A DNA stretch of 64,000 nt from Macrostomum lignano. Its lineage: Eukaryota. The position numbers and the translations under genes are program-made. This document shows, piece by piece, positions 1-13,500 of the stretch; the stretch's first letter is position 1; each line of letters begins with the position of its first letter. The DNA lies in contig NIVC01001601.1 in NCBI GenBank assembly GCA_002269645.1, forward strand, positions 124,001-188,000, in the 5' to 3' direction. A model generated the notes under the pieces. The model did no database searches and was not told the origin of the DNA. It was given only the letters and a program-made list of their open reading frames with translations.

Positions 1-1195
1 GCGATTTCAATATTTAGAACGAACTAAATTTGCTTATCGAAAACCGAAAGGCAGCAAACGGTTGCTTCCTCAAGTCTGCTCAGCGTGTCTATTTATACCC
101 AAAATTCGTTATAGTTTAAACAAAATAATAATTGCAGAAATATTTTTGCAAACCACAACATTCAAACAAATATTTCGCGCAGATTTGAATAAAGGTTTTT
201 CTAAGAAAGGCAAACATAAAACGAGTAAAATTTAAAAGTATTAGAGCTATTATTAATGCCTGTCTCAATAATAACTTATAGACCATTGTATTTGATAGTC
301 ACAATCTCAATATATTATCTTACAAATAGGCCTATAATGTCTAAGATAGAATTCCAAATAAGAAGCACATTCAGTTCAAGTTACAAGGGGTTTCTAATTG
401 TATAGGTGAACCAAAGGTTTAGTCTATTGTGGAATGCGGGATGCTTGTTGGTTCAGTTTTAGTGAGTCAATTTAGCAGTTTTGGCATTTGGGTTAAGACC
501 CTAATTGTGTCAATCAAAGGTTGTTCTACAAAAATAGAAGGCAAAAAGGAGGGAAAAGGGAGGCAAGCTTCTTGCTTGGTTGACATGGGCTTTTTTAATA
601 CTTTTTGGTCTTGATCACATTGGATGGTATATAGCTACTTTCCATTAGTTTGGGTTGTGTCCTCAGCTTTTGCTAGTTGGAGCACATACATTGGTTAAAA
701 TACATTCATTCTGGATAAGAACTTTTTAGAGCCAAAATGTGTCACTTCATATTATTAGATATTTTATCTAAAAATTTTTAGATCTTTTATCTACTATTAT
801 ACTAGATCTATAATAATTCTAAGCCTAAGAAGGTTGGGCAAAATCTAGATTATTAGCTATATATGGCTTAAGAAACCTTTAAATAAAATTTAGGGTATTT
901 AGTTACTTTTTGTAATAGTAATATGGTTTACTTTATATCTTAGTCTTATTTTATGTGTTCTTTGCTCTTTTTTTCTAAAAATATTTGTTATTTTTTCTTT
1001 CTTTATTCTTTTATTTACTTATCTTTGTTTATTAATAGAAAACCACTATTATAACAATAATAATAATAATAATAACAACAAAAATATGAAGTCATTATTA
1101 GAGTAGGACATATTAGATAGGCCCTAGTACATTGCAGAGCCTAAAAGTTAAAATCAATGTTAGGTGCCCATGCCCTAGTATTGCATACTAGGTAG

Positions 1196-3051
1196 CAGTG
1201 GCATAGTCAGGGGGAGGCCCCCCATTGCCTGGGGGATTGGGTTGGGTGTGGTGGGTACCAAAAACCATGAGGCAATTGAGTGCTTGCAGCGCCAAAATGA
1301 GTGCCTGCAGCACCAAAATGAGTGCCTGCAGCATCAAAATGAGTGCCTCCAGCACCAAAATGAGTGCCTCCAGCACCAAAATGAGTGCCTGCAGTGCCAA
1401 AATGAGTGCCTGCAGTGCCAAAATGAGTGCCTGCAGCACCAAAATGAGTGCCTGTAGTGCCAAAATGAGTGCCTGCAGCACCAAAATGAGTGCCTGCGGT
1501 GCCAAAATGAGTGCCTGCAGCGCCAAAATGAGTGCCTGCAGCACCAAAATGAGTGCCTGCAGCATCAAAATGAGTGCCTCCAGCACCAAAATGAGTGCCT
1601 CCAGCACCAAAATGAGTGCCTGCAGTGCCAAAATGAGTGCCTGCAGCACCAAAATGAGTGCCTGTAGTGCCAAAATGAGTGCCTGCAGCACCAAAATGAG
1701 TGCCTGCGGTGCCAAAATGAGTGCCTGCAGCACCAAAATGAGTGCCTGCAGCACCAAAATGAGTGCTTCCAGCACCAAAATGAGTGCCTCCAGCACCAAA
1801 ATGAGTGCCTGTAGTGCCGAAATGAGTGCCTGCAGCACCAAAATGAGTGCCTGTATTGCCAAAATGAGTGCTTGCAGTGCCAAAATGAGTGCCTGCAGCA
1901 CCAAAATGAGTGCCTCCAGCACCAAAATGAGTGCCTGCAGTGCCAAAATGAGTGCCTGCAGTGCCAAAATGAGTGCCTGCAGCACCAAAATGAGTGCCTG
2001 CAGCACCAAAATGAGTGCCTGCAGTGCCAAAATGAGTGCCTGCAGCGCCAAAATGAGTGCCTGCAGCACCAAAATGAGTGCCTCCAGCACCAAAATGAGT
2101 GCCTGCAGTGCCAAAATGAGTGCCTGCAGTGCCAAAATGAGTGCCTGTAGTGCCAAAATGAGTGCCTACAGTGCCAAAATGAGTGCCTGCAGCACCAAAA
2201 TGAGTGCCTCCAGCACCAAAATGAGTGCCTGTAGTGCCAAAATGAGTGCCTGCAGTGCCAAAATGAGTGCCTGCAGCACCAAAATGAGTGCTTCCAGCAC
2301 CAAAATGAGTGCCTCCAGCACCAAAATGAGTGCCTGTAGTGCCAAAATGAGTGCCTGCAGTGCCAAAATGAGTGCCTGCAGCACCAAAATGAGTGCCTCC
2401 AGCACCAAAATGAGTGCCTGTAGTGCCAAAATGAGTGCCTGCAGTGCCAAAATGAGTGCCTGCAGCACCAAAATGAGTGCCTGTAGTACCAAAATGAGTG
2501 CCTGCAGCACCAAAATGAGTGCTTCTAGCACCAAAATGAGTGCCTCCAGCACCAAAATGAGTGCCTGTAGTGCCAAAATGAGTGCCTGCAGTGCCAAAAT
2601 GAGTGCCTGCAGCACCAAAATGAGTGCTTCCAGCACCAAAATGAGTGCCTCCAGCACCAAAATGAGTGCCTGTAGTGCCAAAATGAGTGCCTGCAGTGCC
2701 AAAATGAGTGCCTGCAGCACCAAAATGAGTGCTTCCAGCACCAAAATGAGTGCCTCCAGCACCAAAATGAGTGCCTGTAGTGCCAAAATGAGTGCCTGCA
2801 GTGCCAAAATGAGTGCCTGCAGCACCAAAATGAGTGCCTCCAGCACCAAAATGAGTGCCTGCAGTGCCAAAATGAGTGCCTGCAGCGCCAAAATGAGTGC
2901 CTGCAGTGCCAAAATGAGTGCCTGCAGCACCAAAATGAATGCCTGCAGTGCCAAAATGAGTGCCTGCAGCACCAAAAGTGGCAATGGCATAAGGCATGGC
3001 CAGCTAGGCCAACCTGCCTCCTCCCAATTGAAATTCCTGGCTACGCCATTG
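1196..3051 (+). mobile_element. Non-autonomous hAT element (MITE-like) filled with a 21-bp minisatellite
   Basis: Left end CAGTGGCATAGTCAG (1196-1210) and right end CTGGCTACGCCATTG (3037-3051) form an imperfect 15-bp TIR (12/15). Perfect 8-bp TSD CTAGGTAG at 1188-1195 and 3052-3059. The right end matches the right end of the hAT at 44908-49087 at 19/21 nt. Confidence 0.85.
1277..2977. repeat. 21-bp minisatellite, about 80 copies (AAAATGAGTGCCTGCAGCACC and variants)
   Basis: Direct periodicity. It generates the spurious KMSACST, QNECLQH, ALILVLQ and THFGAAG ORFs. Confidence 0.98.
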
Positions 3052-4129
3052 CTAGGTAGTCAATGTATTGATGGGTTTGGGCCTAACCTTGACCCCATTT
3101 AAATAGGCATTATAAGGTGAGCAAGAGGGTATCTTGAATAGGTTAGGGACATAAGCCCTTGGCCTAGATCATGTGACTTACCAGTTGAAGTTGCCACTGG
3201 CATAGGATAGGCCTAATAGATAGGTGCTGCAGCTTGGCCTAATCATATAAGGTCTCTTTTCCTAAAGCATTATTATAGATAGAGCATTAGCAAAGTGATT
3301 GACTTTAGCTTATACTAAAAATTATACAATATTTTCCAACTCTTGCTTGGGCACATTGGGTCTAGGCTTAGCTGCTAAATAAGACAAGCAAATATGAGAC
3401 AGTTTACAAAGTTGAAAGTGCTTGACACAGATAAAGTAGGTGGTGTATTACTATCTCATTTGTAAGAGAGTTGTTTCAATGGGTAAAATTGATCAAAACT
3501 AGCTATAACTATTGACATCTGTATAATAATGAAATCAAGTTGAACTTGCTATAACTAATTTACAATACCATCAAATGAGGCAATTTTTTAACACATGACT
3601 TGTTTATTGACTTTCATTCTTTTATTACTTTGTTTGTATGATTTGATAAGATTATGAAGAGGATTTTGAACTACCATCTCTTGATCTATGGGGGCGAAAG
3701 CCAGCACTCAGTGTATTTTAGTTGGCCTACTACCTCTGGTTAGATAAACCTCTTGACTGACTGGACTGAACTGATTGGGTCTAAAAGGACTTACAGTATA
3801 TGAGCTGCTCATTTGTACCTTAGTTTTGTTTGTTTCCTTAGACCTCAAATATGCTCATACACTCAGCACATTTTAAATTTTCCACCCCAAAACCAATGGT
3901 AAAATTTTATCAGATCTCAACCCCAAGTGACGCAGTTCACACCACGCCCACAAGGCCCTAGCTTAGGCTGGTGAAGAGAGTGGGGAGTTAAGAGTCCTCA
4001 TGAACTGGAAACTCTTAACATGTTTGAGAAGTATGAATATTAGGTGCGTTTTTATTCCAAAGACTAATCCTCTTGATAGTGAGCTGTTTGTGATACTTTT
4101 TAAAGAAACGTAGCGATGACTTCTAACTT

Positions 4130-4350
4130 AGACTGGTCAGGCACCGAATTTTCACACTTATCAGCTGCCTTCAGAAGCTGCTGAGCAAATGTCCTGTTCC
4201 TGCTTCTAACTGCTCTCTCCAGGGTTTGAAAGGCAAATCGTTCTGCCAAAACGTATGTCTTGGGAAGCAGAATGTCTTCCCGAGTCTTCTTCAAGTCCTG
4301 AAATGACTTCGTGGTCGGCAGCTGGTCAGCCAATGTGTCATGAAGGGGAG
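4130..4350 (-). pseudogene. Possible relic of a Ty3/Gypsy gag
   Basis: Translation LPTTKSFQDLKKT...PKTYVLAERFAF...FAQQLLKAADKCE resembles the invertebrate Gypsy gag pattern P..K.Y.EL......PK...IAERF.F......F...L..LA..C.F. Judged by eye only; no LTR or pol nearby. Confidence 0.35.
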
Positions 4351-4580
4351 CTTCACAAGACAGAAACTTCACAACGCAGAAAACTACTGCACGATCCTTC
4401 ACAGAACCGAAACTTCACAACGCCGAAATTCTGCATGGTCATCTGCATGGTGTATATTATGTTTTCTACGATATGAAATTTCGGTCTTTTAAAAGCGCTC
4501 CATCATAAAAGATGAAACTGGTATAAGACGTACTGGTTCGAGGTACTATCTTTAAGGCTATAGCTTCTCCAGGTAAATCT

Positions 4581-5108
4581 CGGGTGTGGTTCGGGGGGCA
4601 ATTCTCAGGTGTGGTTTAGGGGCGATTCTCATGTGTGGTTTAGAGGCAATTCTCAGGTGTGGTTTAGAGGCAATTCTCAGGTGTGGTTTAGAGTCAGTTC
4701 TCAGGTGTGGTTCAGGGGGCAATTCTCAGGTGTGGTTTAGGGTCAATTCTCAGGTGTGGTTTAGAGGCAATTCTCAGGTGTTGTTTAGAGTCAGTTCTCA
4801 GGTGTGGTTTAGAGTCAGTTCTCTGGTGTGGTTTGGGGGAATTCTCAGGTGTGGTTTGGGGGGAATTCTCAGGTGTGGTTAGAAGCAATTCTCTGGTGTG
4901 GTTTGGGGGAATTCTCAGGTGTGGTTTAGGGGGAATTCTCAGGTGTGGTTAGAAGCAATTCTCTGGTGTGGTTTGGGGGAATTCTCAGGTGTGGTTTAGG
5001 GGGAATTCTCAGGTGTGGTTAGAAGCAATTCTCTGGTGTGGTTTGGGGAGAATTATCAGGTGTGGTTTAGAGGCAATTCTCAGGTTTGGTTTAGGGGCAA
5101 TTATCGGG
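4581..5108. repeat. About 24-bp minisatellite (GCAATTCTCAGGTGTGGTTTAGRG), about 21 copies
   Basis: Direct periodicity. Confidence 0.95.
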
Positions 5109-5291
5109 TATGTAGATGCGATTCTCATGGTGGTTCAGAGGTGTTAGTGTATAAGACATTATCATAAGCAATTTAGATTAGTTCTAAATTTAGACCCACC
5201 CCCTCCGCCAAATTTATTTGTGTATAATGATTTAATGTTATGGTTTTAAATATAACATCATGAAACGAAACGTACGCAGCTTTGTATTTTG

Positions 5292-5331
5292 TGCCCCCCC
5301 CCCACGAAAATAAATGGTGGCTGGGCCTCTG
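5292..5331 (+). mobile_element. Orphan hAT-like right terminus
   Basis: GCCCCCCCCCCACGAAAATAAATGGTGGCTGGGCCTCTG has the same layout as the right end of the full hAT (poly-C, A-rich spacer, TGGCT..GCC.CTG). No matching left TIR or TSD found. Confidence 0.4.
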
Positions 5332-5865
5332 CTACAGTGGCAGCTAGGGGTAATAAAAGCTTATCTAATTAGAAACAGGTCTTGAAGTGCGCACATCTGT
5401 CTGATCAGTTAACCACTTCGCCTTACCTTGAAATTGGCATTTGACTTCGCAAATGCAGTGCGGTGTAAGATTTGTTAGCAAATTTACTTCTTGAGCCTTC
5501 TAAGTAGTTGTCATGGGGACAATTTTTTTACTACCTCCGCAATCCCATTAATTCCATCTGTGTCATTCCCTAAGAAATGAGCAGCAAGAGGGTCTCCATA
5601 ACTAATTACATAATTTTCATTACTTCTAAAACTTCTCTTAAGGCAGGTTTTTCGAGATAGCAGGTTTGTCTTTTTTCTGCAAGATAATTGTTATTGCTCT
5701 TGATAGAAGGCAGACCCTGTGTTCATCTTTTGATATGCCTTGCCTTTCTTATATAACTCTATTGATATGAGCTATTAGTCCATAAATTCAGTGTGTGTGG
5801 GCTTCAAAGCTATTCAAAGCAAAGCTTTGCTGCCTTTAGAGGTCGGCAACTCCGGTCGTGCTATC

Positions 5866-5987
5866 TGGAGGGGGCGCCAGCAACAGAGGGGCGCCAGCTG
5901 CAGAGGGGGCGCCAGCTACAGAGGGGACGCCAGCTACAGGAGGGGGCACCAGCTTCAGACTTCAGAGGGAGCGCCAGCTACAGAGGG
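5866..5987. repeat. Short 17-19-bp tandem repeat (AGAGGGGGCGCCAGCTAC), about 6 copies
   Basis: Direct periodicity; contains GGGGCGCC motifs like those in the hAT subterminal regions. Confidence 0.85.
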
Positions 5988-7194
5988 CTTATAGTACAAA
6001 TGTTAGAGTGACAAGAAATACCTACCAACGGTGCGATCGCAGAAACCGGGCTCATTTGGTTGTGGTGTGAATGAGCACTGTGCCTATAGCAATGAGCCTA
6101 TAAATGCCTTGATTTTGATCTGTGCAATCACGTTTTCAATAGAGCTTACTAGCATTTCATGCTACTTCTAAGTAGCATAAAAAGTTCGACTCCATGACAA
6201 GAAGCAAAAATTTATTAAGAAATAAACAAACAAACCAGAATCCACACGATTGACTGCAGCTAACAGAAAGACCAATTTAGTAGGCTTTCCTGCTCTTTGC
6301 CTGCTCTGCAAAAGAAATTGAACGCAAACTCGCCACATTTCATGGATATTATATTTATAAATGAAAGATATTATTACTGTTAGTAGTATAAGGTTGTTGC
6401 TTTTTCTGCTACATACACCATTAGCACAACACAACAGGCCAGCCAACATGGATATTGCTAGGAAAATTGAAATTTCTTTGCAGCAAAAAACACGCAAGCG
6501 TATGCCGCCGCTTATTAAAGTCAGAATGACAAGTTGAAATGAAAATGAAGCATCAGTTAGTTTAGCATAATTTGATAAGCAGAGCTCAACCCAAATTAGC
6601 TAAAAATGGAATAGTCTTATATTTATTGAATTATTAATAATTTTCTGCCTTTTCTGAAGTAGGAAAACGATGAGCACGCGGTGTTTTGACGGACGCGCTG
6701 AAACGAAATCAAACTGAAGCGAAATTTTTTTTGAAGCGACAAAACAAACCGAAACCACGGGCAGATGGAGAACACAAATTTTGCAAGTAAAACATCTGTT
6801 ATGGATTACATTCTGTAGGGGAGAGAGTGAGTTATGGCAGACAAACACGAGCGGCAGAAATAAACAAAGACTGGCGAGTATCTGAAGAATAAAGAGTTAA
6901 TGGGAGGAATTTCTAGTGCCATCCAATTCTATTTAACAGACAGACCCCATCGAAGCAGTGGCTTTCGCGTGTACAATCTACACATGTTGTTATTAACAGG
7001 CAAATTCTTAGTACACAAAAATTATAATAAATTTGGGACATATAAAATGGCTAAGTTACTACAATAACGCAAATCCTAAAGTCAATTGGGATTTTTAATT
7101 TAGTACAAATATATTAAAAGAAATTCTCATACACAAGCATGAGGAGAAGACTCACACTTTACGATCGCGACAACTCGCGTTGCTATGAGACTTC

Positions 7195-7400
7195 AAATAT
7201 CACGTCTCATATCTCACATTGAAGTCTAATATCATCTCACGTCAACCTCTGATCTCATATCTCACTTCAATATCTAATCTCGTTTCTCACTTTAATATCT
7301 AATCTCGTTTCTCACGTCAATATCTAATCTCATATCTCACGTTAATATCATATCTCATATCTCACGTCAATATCTAATCTCAAATCTCACATTGATCTCA
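7195..7400. repeat. Degenerate ~25-bp repeat (ATCTCACGTCAATATCTAATCTCAT) downstream of ClpX
   Basis: Repeated ATCTCAC/ATCTAATCTC blocks. Confidence 0.75.
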
Positions 7401-7522
7401 TACAATCGCATATAACTCGAGATATACTTGATCTCGATCTTTGAGCACAGTTTGAGGCTAGGGTTGATCGACCAAGACAATCTCACTGAGCTCCTTGAGC
7501 CAGTGTGTCGAGTAACTCAAGT

Positions 7523-10500
7523 TTATTTGACAAAATTCTGCTCAAGCGGCGGCTCCTCAGAGGCGTCCATGGGCACGCTGGGCCGCCTGATGTACTCCGG
7601 CTGGGCCTGGCCTCGGGCGCACTCGGCCGAGATTCGAACTTCGCACACGTCAGAGCCGGGCGTCTCGTAGCGCGGCACCAACAGCAGCGCCTCGAGGATG
7701 GCGCGCAGGCCTCGCGCCCCTGTCTGGCGCCTCTGGGCCTGCTGAGCGATCTCCAGCAGCGCCTCTTGCGTCAACTGGCGGGGGAAGGAAGCCAGACTGA
7801 ATAAAGGTTTGACCTGAGGATCTGAAGCCAGACTGAATGAAGGTTTGACCTGAGGATCTGAAGCCAGACTGAATGAAGGTTTGACCTGAGGATCTGAAGT
7901 CAGACTGAATGAAGGTTTGACCTGAGGATCTGAAGTCAGACTGAAGGTTTGACCTGAGGATCTGAAGCCAGACTAAATGAAGGTTTGACCTGAGGAGCTG
8001 AAGCCAGACTGAATGAAGGTTTGACCTGAGGAGCTGAAGCCAGACTGAAGGTTTGACCTGAGGATCTGAAGCCAGACTGAATGAAGGTTTGACCTGAGGA
8101 GCTGAAGCCAGACTGAATGAAGGTTTGACCTGAGGATCTGAAGCCAGACTGAAGGTTTGACCTGAGGATCTGAAGCCAGACTGAAGGTTTGACCTGAGGA
8201 TCTGAAGCCAGACTGAAGGTTTGACCTGAGGATCTGAAGCCAGACTGAATGAAGGTTTGACCTGAGGATCTGAAGCCAGACTGAATGAAGGTTGGACTTG
8301 AGGATCTGAAGCCAGACTGAATGAAGGTTTGACCTGAGGATCTGAAGCCAGACTGAATGAAGGTTGGACTTGAGGATCTGAAGCCAGACTGAATGAAGGT
8401 TGGACTTGAGGATCTGAAGCCAGACTGAATGGTTTGACCTGAGGAGCTGAAGCCAGACTGAATGAAGGTTTGACCTGAGGATCTGAAGCCAGACTGAATG
8501 AAGGTTTGACCTGAGGAGCTGAAGCCAGACTGAATGAAGGTTTGACCTGAGGATCTGAAGCCAGACTGAATGAAGGTTTGACCTGAGGATCTGAAGCCAG
8601 ACTGAATGAAGGTTTGACCTGAGGATCTGAAGCCAGACTGAATGAAGGTTTGACCTGAGGATCTGAAGCCAGACTGAATGAAGGTTTGACCTGAGGAGCT
8701 GAAGCCAGACTGAAGGTTTGACCTGAGGATCTGAAGCCAGACTGAAGGTTTGACCTGAGGATCTGAAGCCAGACTGAATGAAGATTGGACTTGAGGATCT
8801 GAAGCCAGACTGAATGAAGGTTTGACCTGAGGAGCTGAAGCCAGACTGAATGAAGGTTTGACCTGAGGATCTGAAGCCAGACTGAATGAAGGTTTGACCT
8901 GAGGATCTGAAGCCAGACTGAAGGTTTGACCTGAGGATCTGAAGCCAGACTGAATGAAGGTTTGACCTGAGGATCTGAAGCCAGACTGAAGGTTTGACCT
9001 GAGGATCTGAAGCCAGACTGAATGAAGGTTTGACCTGAGGAGCTGAAGCCAGACTGAATGAAGGTTTGACCTGAGGATCTGAAGCCAGACTGAAGGTTTG
9101 ACTTGAGGATCTGAAGCCAGACTGAATGAAGGTTTGACCTGAGGAGCTGAAGCCAGACTGAATGAAGGTTTGACCTGAGGATCTGAAGCCAGACTGAATG
9201 AAGGTTGGACCTGAGGATCTGAAGCCAGACTGAATGAAGGTTTGACCTGAGGATCTGAAGCCAGACTGAATGAAGGTTTGACCTGAGGATCTGAAGCCAG
9301 ACTGAATGAAGGTTTGACCTGAGGATCTGAAGCCAGACTGAATGAAGGTTTGACCTGAGGATCTGAAGCCAGACTGAAAGTTTGACTTGAGGATCTGAAG
9401 CCAGACTGAATGAAGGTTTGACCTGAGGAGCTGAAGCCAGACTGAATGAAGGTTTGACCTGAGGATCTGAAGCCAGACTGAATGAAGGTTTGACCTGAGG
9501 ATCTGAAGCCAGACTGAAGGTTTGACTTGAGGATCTGAAGCCAGACTGAATGAAGGTTTGACCTGAGGATCTGAAGCCAGACTGAAGGTTTGACCTGAGG
9601 ATCTGAAGCCAGACTGAATGAAGGTTTGACCTGAGGATCTGAAGCCAGACTGAAGGTTTGACCTGAGGAGCTGAAGCCAGACTGAAGGTTTGACCTGAGG
9701 ATCTGAAGCCAGACTGAATGAAGGTTTGACCTGAGGATCTGAAGCCAGACTGAAGGTTTGACCTGAGGAGCTGAAGCCAGACTGAAGGTTTGACCTGAGG
9801 ATCTGAAGCCAGACTGTAGGTTTGACCTGAGGATCTGAAGCCAGACTGAATGAAGGTTTGACCTGAGGAGCTGAAGCCAGACTGAATGAAGGTTTGACCT
9901 GAGGATCTGAAGCCAGACTGAATGAAGGTTTGACCTGAGGAGCTGAAGCCAGACTGAATGAAGGTTTGACCTGAGGATCTGAAGCCAGACTGAAGGTTTG
10001 ACATGAGGATCTGAAGCCAGACTGAAGGTTTGACCTGAGGATCTAGACGAGAAGCCTGAAGGCCTAGATGTCTAGAAGCTGGAAACTCACCTCCAGGTTG
10101 CATTGGTCCATGCCGAACAGCAGTTTGTACTGGCTGATGAGGGCATTGCGAGGCTCCACGAGAATTCTGGCCAGCATAGCGGCGTCCAGGCTGTGCAGGA
10201 CGCTGATGACGGGGAACCGGCCGACAAACTCGGGGATCATGCCGAAGTCGATGAGGTCGCGAGCTTCAACCCGCGACAGCACCTTGTCGTCATCTGTCAG
10301 CGGGTCGCCGGTGGACACGGGCTGGTTGAAGCCGACGCCTCGTTGTTGCTCACGGCGGCGGACAATCTTGGCCAGGCCGTTGAAGGCGCCGGAGGCGATG
10401 AATAAAATGTTGGACGTGTCCACCGCCACCGTCTCGCCGCGCTCGCGCCGGTTGCCTGGGGATTTTTATTGGGATGGGGAATAAGAGTGGCATTTGTAAG

Positions 10501-13500
10501 AATTGAATTCCTGAGGATATGTGGTCTCTAATGATGAGATCAGTAACGATGAGGTTACTAGTAATGGAGCAATGGGATTAAAAGAATCAGATTACTTTAC
10601 TTAGTATGGGGTTTTGAAGGACTGGATAGGATGGCATGAGATTGATGAAGCTGGCATTAATGAAGCTGGGATTGAAAAAGCTGGATTGATGAGGCTGTTA
10701 TTGCCATTGGTGAGGTTGCGATTGATGAAGCTAAGATTGATGAGGCTGGGATTGATGAAGCTGAGATTGGTGAGACTGGGATTGATGAAGCTCGGATTGA
10801 AGTTGAGATTGATGAGGCTGGGATTGATAAAGCTGAGATTGGTGAGACTGGGATTGATGAAGCTGAGATTGGTGAAGCTGAGATTGGTGAAGCTGGGATT
10901 GATGAAGCTGGGATTGATGAGGCTGGGATTGATGAAGCTGAGATTGGTGAGGCTGGGATTGATGAAGCTGAGATTGATGAGGCTGGAACTTTTCAGTATT
11001 GGATAGTTAAGGCTAAGGGATTGATGAGAATCGGGTTACAACCAACAGATCCTCATAGAAGGCCTCACTCACCCTTCGGCGCGTTAACAATGGTTCCCTC
11101 GACCATCTTGAGCATGCCCTGCTGCACTCCTTCGCCGCCAACGTCCCTAGTAGCGTGCATGCCGCCGACACGGCTGCTGATCTTGTCGATCTCATCCAAG
11201 AACACGATGCCAGCCTCCGCTCGTTCAACGCTGAACCCGGCGTCCTGCAGCAGCTTGCCGACCACGGATTCGACATCCTCGCCAACGTAGCCGGCCTGGG
11301 TGAGGGTGGTGCAGTCGCAGATGGCGAACGGCACGTCCAGGCACTGGGCGAGGGTCTGCGCTAGCAGGGTCTTGCCGCAGCCAGTCGGGCCCAGCAGCAG
11401 GATGTTGCTCTTGTCAATGCGGGTCCGGTGCTGCTCGCTCTGCAGCTGGTCGGAGCCGCGGCTGTTCGACCAGCCGTTCGATGATGAAGCGCCATCAGAT
11501 GCTGAGGAGCCGCTGGCGCCGCTGCCAGATGATGATGAGGACGACTTTGAGCCCGAGAATCGAAGGCTGCCGACTCCGCCGCCGCCGCTGCCGCCGCGCG
11601 GTCCCAGGACTGAGCCGTGGGGACCGCTAGTGACTCCCGTCATGTTCATCAGGTCTGAGCGGATGCGGCGGTGTGAGACTTGATCCCATGGGATTCTGAG
11701 ATTATATTATCCCATGGGATTCTGTCTGAGATTATATTATCCCATGGGATTCTGTCTGAGATTATATTATCCCATGGGATTCTGAGATTATATTATACCA
11801 TGGGATTCTGTCTGAGATTATATTATCCCATGGGATTCTGTCTGAGATTATATTATCCCATGGGATTCTGAGATTATATTATCCCATGGGATTCTGAGAT
11901 TATATTATACCATGGGATTCTGTCTGAGGTTATATTATCCCATGGGATTCTGAGATTATATTATGCCATGGGATTCTGTCTGAGGTTATATTATCCCATG
12001 GGATTCTGAGATTATATTATGCCATGGGATTCTGTCTGAGGTTATATTATCCCATGGGATTCTGAAATTATATCATCCCATGGGATTCTGAGATTATATT
12101 ATGCCATGGGATTCTAAAATTATATTATTCCATGGGATTCTGAGATTATATTATCCCATGGGATTCTAAGATTATATTATCCCATGGGATTCTGAGATTA
12201 TATTATGCCATGGGATTCTAAAATTATATTATTCCATGGGATTCTGAGATTATATTATACCATGGGATTCTGAGATTATATTATCCCATGGGATTCTGAG
12301 ATTATATTATCCCATGGGATTCTAGGATTATATTATACCATGGGATTCTGTCTGAGGTTATATTATCCCATGGGATTCTGAGATTATATTATCCCATGGG
12401 ATTCTGAGATTATATTATGTCATGGGATTCTGAGATTATATTATCCCATGGGATTCTGAGATTTTATTATCCCATGGGATTCTGAGGTTATATTATCCAA
12501 TGGGATTCTGTCTGAGGTTATATTATCCCATGGGATTATGTCAGAGGTTATATTATCCCATGGGATTCTGAGGTTATATTATCCAATGGGATTCTGTCTG
12601 AGGTTATATTATCCCATGGGATTATGTCAGAGGTTATATTATCCTATGGGATTCTGTCCGAGATTATATTATCCCATGGGATTCTGTCTGAGATTATATT
12701 ATCCTATGGGATTCTGTCCGAGATTATATTATCCCATGGGATTCTGTCTGAGATTATATTATCCCATGGGATTCTGAGATTATATTATCCTATGGGATTC
12801 TGTCCGAGATTATATTATCCCATGGGATTCTGTCTGAGATTATATTATCCCATGGGATTCTGAGATTATATTATGCCATGGGATTCTGAGGTTAAATTAT
12901 CCCATGGGATTCTGAGATTATATTATACCATGGGATTCTGAGATTATATTATGTCATGGGATTCTGAGATTATATTATGTCATGGGATTCTGAGATTATA
13001 TTATGTCATGGGATTCTGAGATTATATTATGCCATGGGATTCTGAGGTTAAATTATCCCATGGGATTCTGAGATTATATCATACCATGGGATTCTAAGAT
13101 TATATTATGCCATGGGATTCTGAGGTTATATTATCCCATGGGATTCTGAGATTATATTATACCATGGGATTCTGAGGTTATATTATCCCATGGGATTCTG
13201 AGGTTATATTATCCCATGGGATTCTGAGATTATATTATGTCATGGGATTCTGAGATTATATTATGTCATGGGATTCTGAGATTATATTATGTCATGGGAT
13301 TCTGAGATTATATTATACCATGGGATTCTGGGGAGCTCTACTAAGATAATCTCATGGTATAGCTAATTTACTAGGCTCACGAAACCATAAAACAGGAAAT
13401 CAGAAACGCTAGAGTGACAACAAAAAACAGAAAAGCAACATGAGAACTGGACTGTCAAATCTTGCTTAAAACGAATACTTTATGTAAATCTACGAGTATT

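Noticed and set aside
1188-3102. Long ORFs of 274-625 aa in several frames
   Set aside because: They are translations of a 21-bp array with no stop in most frames, lying inside a non-autonomous transposon.
400-3900. Short peptide-like stretches (for example LLAWLTWAFLILFGLDHIGWY and DYEEDFELPSLDLWGRK) as exons of a hidden gene
   Set aside because: I could not build a consistent splice chain or recognise any homology.
7650-10103. 817-aa minus-strand ORF
   Set aside because: It lies in ClpX intron 5 and is made of the 36/32-bp repeat.
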